DNA from: the human T2T-CHM13v2.0 reference genome, Homo sapiens | Assembly: GCF_009914755.1 (NCBI RefSeq) | Contig: NC_060932.1 | Length of the DNA: 64,000 bases | Direction: 5' to 3' (one strand) | Shown: positions 56,898 to 64,000 of the stretch, in pieces | How the letters are laid out: every line of letters begins with the position of its first letter | How positions within the stretch are numbered: the first letter of the stretch is position 1 | The notes under the pieces: generated by a model | What the model was told of the DNA's origin: nothing | What the model saw: the letters and a program-made list of their open reading frames with translations, nothing else | Databases searched by the model: none | Program-made: the position numbers and the translations under genes

Positions 56898-57029
56898 TTT
56901 TATTTTTCCCCCAGCTTTTAAGTTCAGCGGTACCTGTGCATGATGTGGTGGTTTGTTACATGGGTAAATGTGTGCTGTGGTGGTTTGCTGCACAGATAAT
57001 CCCATCACCTAGGTATTAAGCCCAGCAAC
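56898..57029 (-). mobile_element. Very short L1PA (PA8-10-like) 3' end
   Basis: 17-bp TSD TGACTT(T/A)AGTCCATTCT at 56881-56897 and 57030-57046. Confidence 0.88.
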
Positions 57030-57159
57030 TGACTTAAGTCCATTCTTGTTCTGACTCCATGTTCTCCTAGCAACTGGGGTAGCCTTTGGATAACGTGACT
57101 TCCATTCAGCTTGCCTAATGGGGGAAGGGGACATCATAGATTTCTTATTGGCATTTTTG

Positions 57160-59548
57160 AATTAATAAACTTTGTTTTTTAGAGCAGTTTTAAGTTCACA
57201 GAAAAATTGAGAGGAAAGTACAGAAAGTTCCCATGTTCCCCCTTCCCTCAACCTGTACAACCTTTCCCACTGCCGACATCGATCAACACAGTTACAACTG
57301 ATGAACCTACACTGAGACATTATCACCCAAAGATCACAGTTTACACTAGGGGTCACTCTTGGTATTGTGCCTTCTAAGGGTTAATGACAGGCAGAGTCAC
57401 CATTATAGCATCATACAAGGTAGTTTCACTGCCTTAAAAATCCTCTGTGTTCTCTCTACTCATCCCTCCCTTCCTCCAACCCCTGGCAACCACTGATCTT
57501 TTTACTGTCTCCACAATTTTGTCCTTTCCAGAATGTCATATAGTTGGAATCATACAGTATGTAGCCTTTTCAGATTGGCTTCTTTCACTTAGTGGTGTGC
57601 ATTTAAGCTTCTTCCATATCTTTTCTTTTTTGCTGAGCACCCTCTGTCCTCATACTCCATATGTCTTTTTGTGGCTTGATAGCTCCTGCCTTTTTAGCAC
57701 TGAATGGTATTCCATTTCTGGATGTGCCACAGTTTATCCATTCACCTACTGAAGGACGTCATTGCTTCCAAGTTTTGGCAAGTATTAATAAAGCTGCTAT
57801 AAAGATCTATATGCAGGTTTTGGTGTGGATATAAGTTTTTAATTCATCTGGATAAACACCAAGGAGTGTGATTACTGAGTTGAGTGATAAGAATATGTTT
57901 AGTTTTGTAAGAAACTGCCAAACTGTCTTCCAAAGTGACTGTACCATTCTGCATTCCTACCAGCAACTACTCAGAGTTTCTGTTGTTCCACTTCCTCATC
58001 AGCATTTGGTGTTGTCAGTGTTCTGGATCTTGGCCATTTTAATAGGTATATAGTGATTTCTTGTTTCAATTTGCAATTTCCTAATAACATATGATGTTGA
58101 ACCTCTTTTCATATGCTTATTTGCCATCTGCGTGTCTTCTTTGAGGAGATGTCTGTTCAGGTCTTTTGCCTATTTTTTAATTGGGTTGTTTTTTTATTTT
58201 TGAGATTTAAGAGTTCTTTGTATATTTTGGATAACAGTCCTTGCAAATATTTTCTCCCAGTCTGTGGCTTGTCTTCTCCTTCGCTTGACACTGTCTTTTG
58301 CAGAGCAGAAGTTTTTAATTTTGACGAAGTACAGCTTATTAACTGCCTCTTTCATGGAGTTTGTCTTTGCTGTTGTTTCTAAAAGGTCATCACCATACCC
58401 AAGGTCATCTAGGCTTTCTCCAAGTTATCTTTAAACATTTTTTAAAATTTATTTTTTAGAACAGTTTTTGATTGACAGAAAAACTGAGACGATAGTGTGG
58501 AGTTCCCATACAGCCCCCATGCAGTTTCCCCTATTATCTTACATTAGTAGATACATTTGTCACAACTAATGAAACAATATTGATACATCATTATTAACTA
58601 AAGTCCACACTGTATTCAGATTTCCTTGATTTGCTTAATGTCCTTTCTCTGTTCCAGGGTCTCATCCTGGATACCATATTACATTTAGTCTTTATGCCCC
58701 CTCAGGCTCTTGCTGGCTGTGATGTTTCCCAGACTTTCCTTGTTTTTGATGACCTTGCTGTTTCAAGGAGTACTGGTGAAGTATTTTACAGAATACACCT
58801 CAATTGGGATTGGTCTGATGTTTTTCACTTGATTACACTGGGGCTATGGGTTTTTGGGAAGAAAACCACAAGAAGTAAAGCATTATTTCCATCACATCTG
58901 GGTAAAGTAGTATTTGTTAGGTTTCTCCACTGTATTTACTCTTTTTTTCCTCTTTTGCATACTTTACTCTTTGGAAGGTCATTATGAGCAGCCTATACTG
59001 AAAAAGTGAAGGGTTATGTTCTACTTCCTTGAGGTGGGAGTATCGACAAAAGTTATTTGGGATTCTTCTGCAAGGTGACTTACCCATTTTTTCCTCTTTA
59101 TTTATCAAATCATTTATTTATATACATACGGACTCATGGGCATTTATTTTATAGTTTGGGTTAACCATCCAATACTACTTTACTTTGTTGCTTAAGCTGT
59201 CCCCAGCTTTAGCCACTGGCAGATCCTTCTGTTAGATCTTGTGCTCCTTTGACATGTTGCCATCAGTGAGGTTTGTTTTTGTTTTTTACTTCCTCACTTT
59301 CTGCTTTCTGGTATTATAAGATTCTCCAGGCTCATCCTGTATATTTCCTGACTCATTCCTAGAATCAATCATTTTTCCAGGCCCTGATTTCTTTTACTAG
59401 AAAATAGTATTAAAAACCAAGGTCTAGTTGGTGGGTGTTCTTCTTGCTACTGGGGTATTGTTTCTAGGCCATCTTGGCTGATGCAAGAAAATATATGTGT
59501 GCATACTAACCCACATATATACACGTATCTATAAATATGTATAAACAT
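57160..59548 (-). mobile_element. Two adjacent L1MC-type 3' segments (~57160-58430 and ~58435-59548)
   Basis: ttagagcagttttaagttcacagaaaaattgag and agaacagtttttgattgacagaaaaactgag starts. Confidence 0.8.
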
Positions 59549-59556
59549 GGCATCTA

Positions 59557-59879
<323 letters not shown>

Positions 59880-60029
59880 TCATGTGAGTTGCTTAAGTGC
59901 TGAGCTACAGTCAGCTATCTGGACAACCCTAAAGAGATCCAGCTTCTGTGTCTGTCTGAGGCCGACTGATTTTTACTTGAACAATTTTCTGCTACACTGC
60001 TACCTACCATTCCTCTCTTTCTTCAAACT

Positions 60030-60400
60030 TCCACAAGGATGTTTGGTTTGAAAAAGAAGATATTTAGAAAGGACATAATAATTGTATTCAAATATTTGAG
60101 TGACTGCCATGTAGAAGAGACAGTCTGCAATTGCTCCCTAGGGCACAATCAGAACCATCCACGTAACTTACATGGAAGAAAATCTGAAGTTAATATGAGG
60201 AAAACTGTGTACAAATCAAAACTTTATCATAAAGAGAAATGTGCTGGTCTTGAAAAGTCATGAACTCTGTATCATAAATAGGTGTGCTCAGTCAGACAAT
60301 CACCAATGGCTTGTCCTGGATGTTGTGATGGAAACTCCTGCTCTGGGTCAGAGACTGGACTCACCGATAGCCCAGATTTAAAGCAAAAAGTCTGAACCTG
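60030..60400 (+). mobile_element. L3/CR1 3' end
   Basis: MFGLKKKIFRKDIIIVFKYL resembles CR1 ORF2 LFSLEKRRLRGDLI.VFKYL. Confidence 0.7.
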
Positions 60401-61926
60401 TAATAAGAGCTGTTTTAAAATAAACAGTCTTATATACTAAGCCCATGTGCTGATAGCCCAGAAGATCAGGATTTATTATCAAGAAATGAATAAATAAGAC
60501 TCCTGATTATTATACAAAAAGAATACATTTTTAGTAAGTCCGTGTTAGTTGTTAAATATGGTAGTAAAATATACTAAAGCACAGAAGAGGCTTGTTTTTA
60601 TTGAATAAGTGTGATTGAAGCAGAGGTGGATAGTATACACTTTAATTGCTAAGATTATGGCAAATATTTGAACCACTGCAATAACCTCATGAAGAGAAAA
60701 GATTTTGTGCACTATTTTACATCTGCTGTACTCTATGTGCTACTTCATCTGATAGGAAGCATCTGGGATACCATCCAAGGAAATCAGGCAATTCAGAACA
60801 CCTTTTTTAGAAATGCTGCCAGATTTTTTCTCTTTACCTCTTTCTTCAAAAATTATGCATATGAGAGCACACGTGTGTATATGTACATTTGCACATCTAC
60901 ATGTGCGTGCACACACACTCACCTTAAAGGTCTAATCATGTCACCGACATGTCACCAGCAATCCAGGAGTTCTTACTCAGAAAAGCAATAACACAAAACC
61001 CTACAAGAGTTAGGAGATCAAAGCGCTTCCTATGCTAAGCTTTTAATAAACACAACCCAACATCCTGTGGAGGGTAACTGCATTTTAAACATGCACCTAT
61101 AGTCTTACAAACTATTCAGAATAAAATCATCAGGAATTTAAATGAAAAAAATATATTTCAGCTGAGTCAATATGGCTGATTTCTTTAATTTTCTAGTTTT
61201 CTTTTTTAACAGTGAGGCGAGTTTTTATTGCCTCATGTTTACCCCTTCCCAGTATATTTTCTGGTGACAATAATCACAGCTCAGTTCCACTCTCCCTCCT
61301 TCCTACTTCTGAGATCTGTAGTACAAAACTAAGTTAGGTTATCAGTTCACATTGCACCTTATAATTTAAAATGCCCCAAAAGCACCACCAGTATGTTGTA
61401 AGGAGAAAAACAAATTATAAAGGAATTTATTTCTTTTAAAAAATTATCTTGTATAAAATCTTAACTGCAATAATTTTCCATCTAAAATTTGCCTACTCCA
61501 ATGAGAGGAGGAAACAGTTTCTTTGCCATATTGTAGCCATTATGATTTAGCCGGTTCCTACTTTCCCATATTAGCAGGATTTCAAGCATATTTGCAAATT
61601 GCAAAATCAAAACACCAGGCAGCATAAATTTATGACATATTTTATTTTTATTAATAAAATTCCAAACATGATAGTCAGAATTTCATGCAATATGCAGTGA
61701 CATGATTTTTAAAAAGTGTTGCAATAATTAGAGTAGTTGAATACTTTTATAAACAAAAAGGTAAAACCAACAGAATAAAACTTCACTCATTTAAACCAAA
61801 ATCATTTATAATTTATAAAAATTAGCAAATGCTGGTCTTGAGTTAATCAATCTTTTACTACTAGAAAATGCAGAACTTTTAACAACAAATCATAAAGAAA
61901 AATTAAAATGCTCAATGAACTAGAAT

Positions 61927-62415
61927 GGCAGACACTACCAGCTACCTGCTCTATAACCAGTCTCCCTTTCTTTCTAACAGAATGTTTCGTTTATTTGGGA
62001 TGGCAATAGTTGCAGCTAAAAAATTATATCTCCTAGGTGATAAAAGTGGTCAAGTGACAATTCTGTCCAATGAGATGTAACTGGAAGGCATAGGGGTAGA
62101 ATTCAGGGAAAGCTGCTTAAAAGGGCAAACTCAATTCTTTACCTTTTGTTCTCTGAATTTCATCTTGTGTCTGCCTGGCAAAAAGTGTGCTGTTGGAAAC
62201 TGTAGAAAGGATCTTAGGTCTATGAGGATGACAGCCACCTATGAAGGAAGGCGGAGCATGAAGTCACAAGGAGTCTGGGCCTTTACGACACCTGAGCCAC
62301 TGCATATACTGCAGTGGTTTCTTTAAGATTTTTTATTACCTGAAGGGGGGAAAACAAATTTGTTTAAGCCACTCTTTAGTCAGGTTTCTACTGCATGCTC
62401 CAAACCAACTCTGAT
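61927..62415 (+). mobile_element. Old ERVL-class LTR (LTR33-like)
   Basis: tggcagacac..gtccaatgagatgtaa..tttgtttaagccact. Confidence 0.5.
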
Positions 62416-63043
62416 AAAAATTGTGTTGCGTACCCTTAAGAATTTCAAAATCCCCACTTAAAAACAACTATGTACTAACCACTGCCCATTTTTCTCTACT
62501 TCTTAAACCAGATCTCCCAAGGACCTCTACTTCGAAAAACTATCGACTGTATTTGGGTAAATATGTGCTCCTAAAAGTAATATACTATTTTCATTAAAAA
62601 TTATTAAAGCATTGCAAAGTGTTAAAGAGTAAAAAGATGATATATACCATTAATTTCAATTAGATTTCCTACAATGATCAATGCTAAAACCAAGAGAAAC
62701 CATAAGAAAACAACTCCAAAAACACTTATTAGGAAGAAACCAGAATGATTCTACAAAAGAGAAAAACAGCATTTTTGATGACAGTTTTAAAGTGAGGAAA
62801 TGATTAAAAACAGGTACAGTGTGGACATCATCATGCACTTCTGACAGTGTCACAGCATAATTAGTATGGTCTGGTGGTGGAAGAACTAGCTACTGATTAT
62901 GAGGTCTAATTTAGTTACCATCTTACATTGATATATCAGCAAAGATGAAACATAACTTATATGAGGTATTGTAATGTGCTAAGTTAAATTAATTGTTAAA
63001 GATGGTAAACCCAAGAACACTACAAAGAGCATAACTAAAAATA

Positions 63044-63425
<382 letters not shown>

Positions 63426-63683
63426 TCAGGTTTATGCTTCCATTTCTGTTTGATGCAGATAAGATTATACTCAATGAAAGATGTCAAGAAGAAATAGTCA
63501 GAGAAAGGATATTTGTACGTTAAAATCCAATGACTTGTCCATGAACAGATATTTACAAGTATGCGTTTCAGAATCTGGTAAGAAAACAAAGGTAGGCAAG
63601 GTGGGAAAAGATTGGTGTGGAAGTGTGTGGCACTGGTTATCAATACCACAGCATTTCCAGTGTGCTGTGTCAGCTAGAAGCTG

Positions 63684-63866
63684 TTGTTCTCACTCTTCAA
63701 TGTGCATCAGTATCCTCCGGGTTAGGGGTATTTTGAAAAAAACAAAGATGCTTGAGTCTTACCCAAGAGTTTAAGTTTCAACTGTGCAAGGACTGGGCCC
63801 AGCTAAAATATTATTTTAAGAACACCTCAGGGGATTTTAATGTGCAGTTAGGGTTGTGACTCCGTG
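63684..63866. mobile_element. MER5A-like
   Basis: gttctcactctt..gtgcatcag..acctcaggggattttaatgtgcag. Confidence 0.6.
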
Positions 63867-64000
63867 GCCTAGAGTTACAGTGGTTGGCCCTGAACTGGAC
63901 CTTGGTTATGGGGAGGACATGGATCAGTGGAGAGAAGGAAGATGAGTGTTCAGGAAGGGAAAATAGGAAAAGGATGAGTTAGGAATGCCTGAGGGCCAAG

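Overview
AT-rich, CpG-depleted primate (very probably human or great-ape) nuclear DNA that looks intronic or intergenic. I found no host protein-coding exon that I can support, and much of the window is interspersed repeat. Repeat family and subfamily names were recognised by eye against remembered consensus sequences, so boundaries are approximate unless a TSD fixes them. Main contents: (1) a 5'-truncated HERV-W (HERV17/LTR17) processed pseudogene at 13295-16794, retroposed by L1 (TT/AAAA site, TSD, poly(A), LTR ending at R), with gag-NC, pro, RT, RNase H, the IN zinc finger, a large pol-env deletion and the env tail; (2) a Ricksha-type MULE DNA transposon at ~35008-39356 with long periodic TIRs, a FLYWCH transposase remnant and a captured ERVL 3' end plus MLT2 LTR, split by a complete MST/THE1D-type MaLR provirus; (3) an ancient TSD-flanked L1M (~42840-48679) hosting a THE1B element whose internal deletion maps almost exactly onto GT/AG splice sites; (4) a 7SL retropseudogene; (5) about 20 Alu/FRAM/FLAM copies, Tigger/MER DNA transposons, MIR/L2/L3 relics and several nested insertions. 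Unique stretches contain candidate regulatory clusters, an unusual set of interlocking palindromes and a possible UG-flanked cryptic exon. I do not see a wholly new biological system. The best leads are the THE1B 'intron-loss' junction, the chimeric zinc-knuckle ORF and open RT frame of the HERV-W retrocopy, and the LTR-captured Ricksha.
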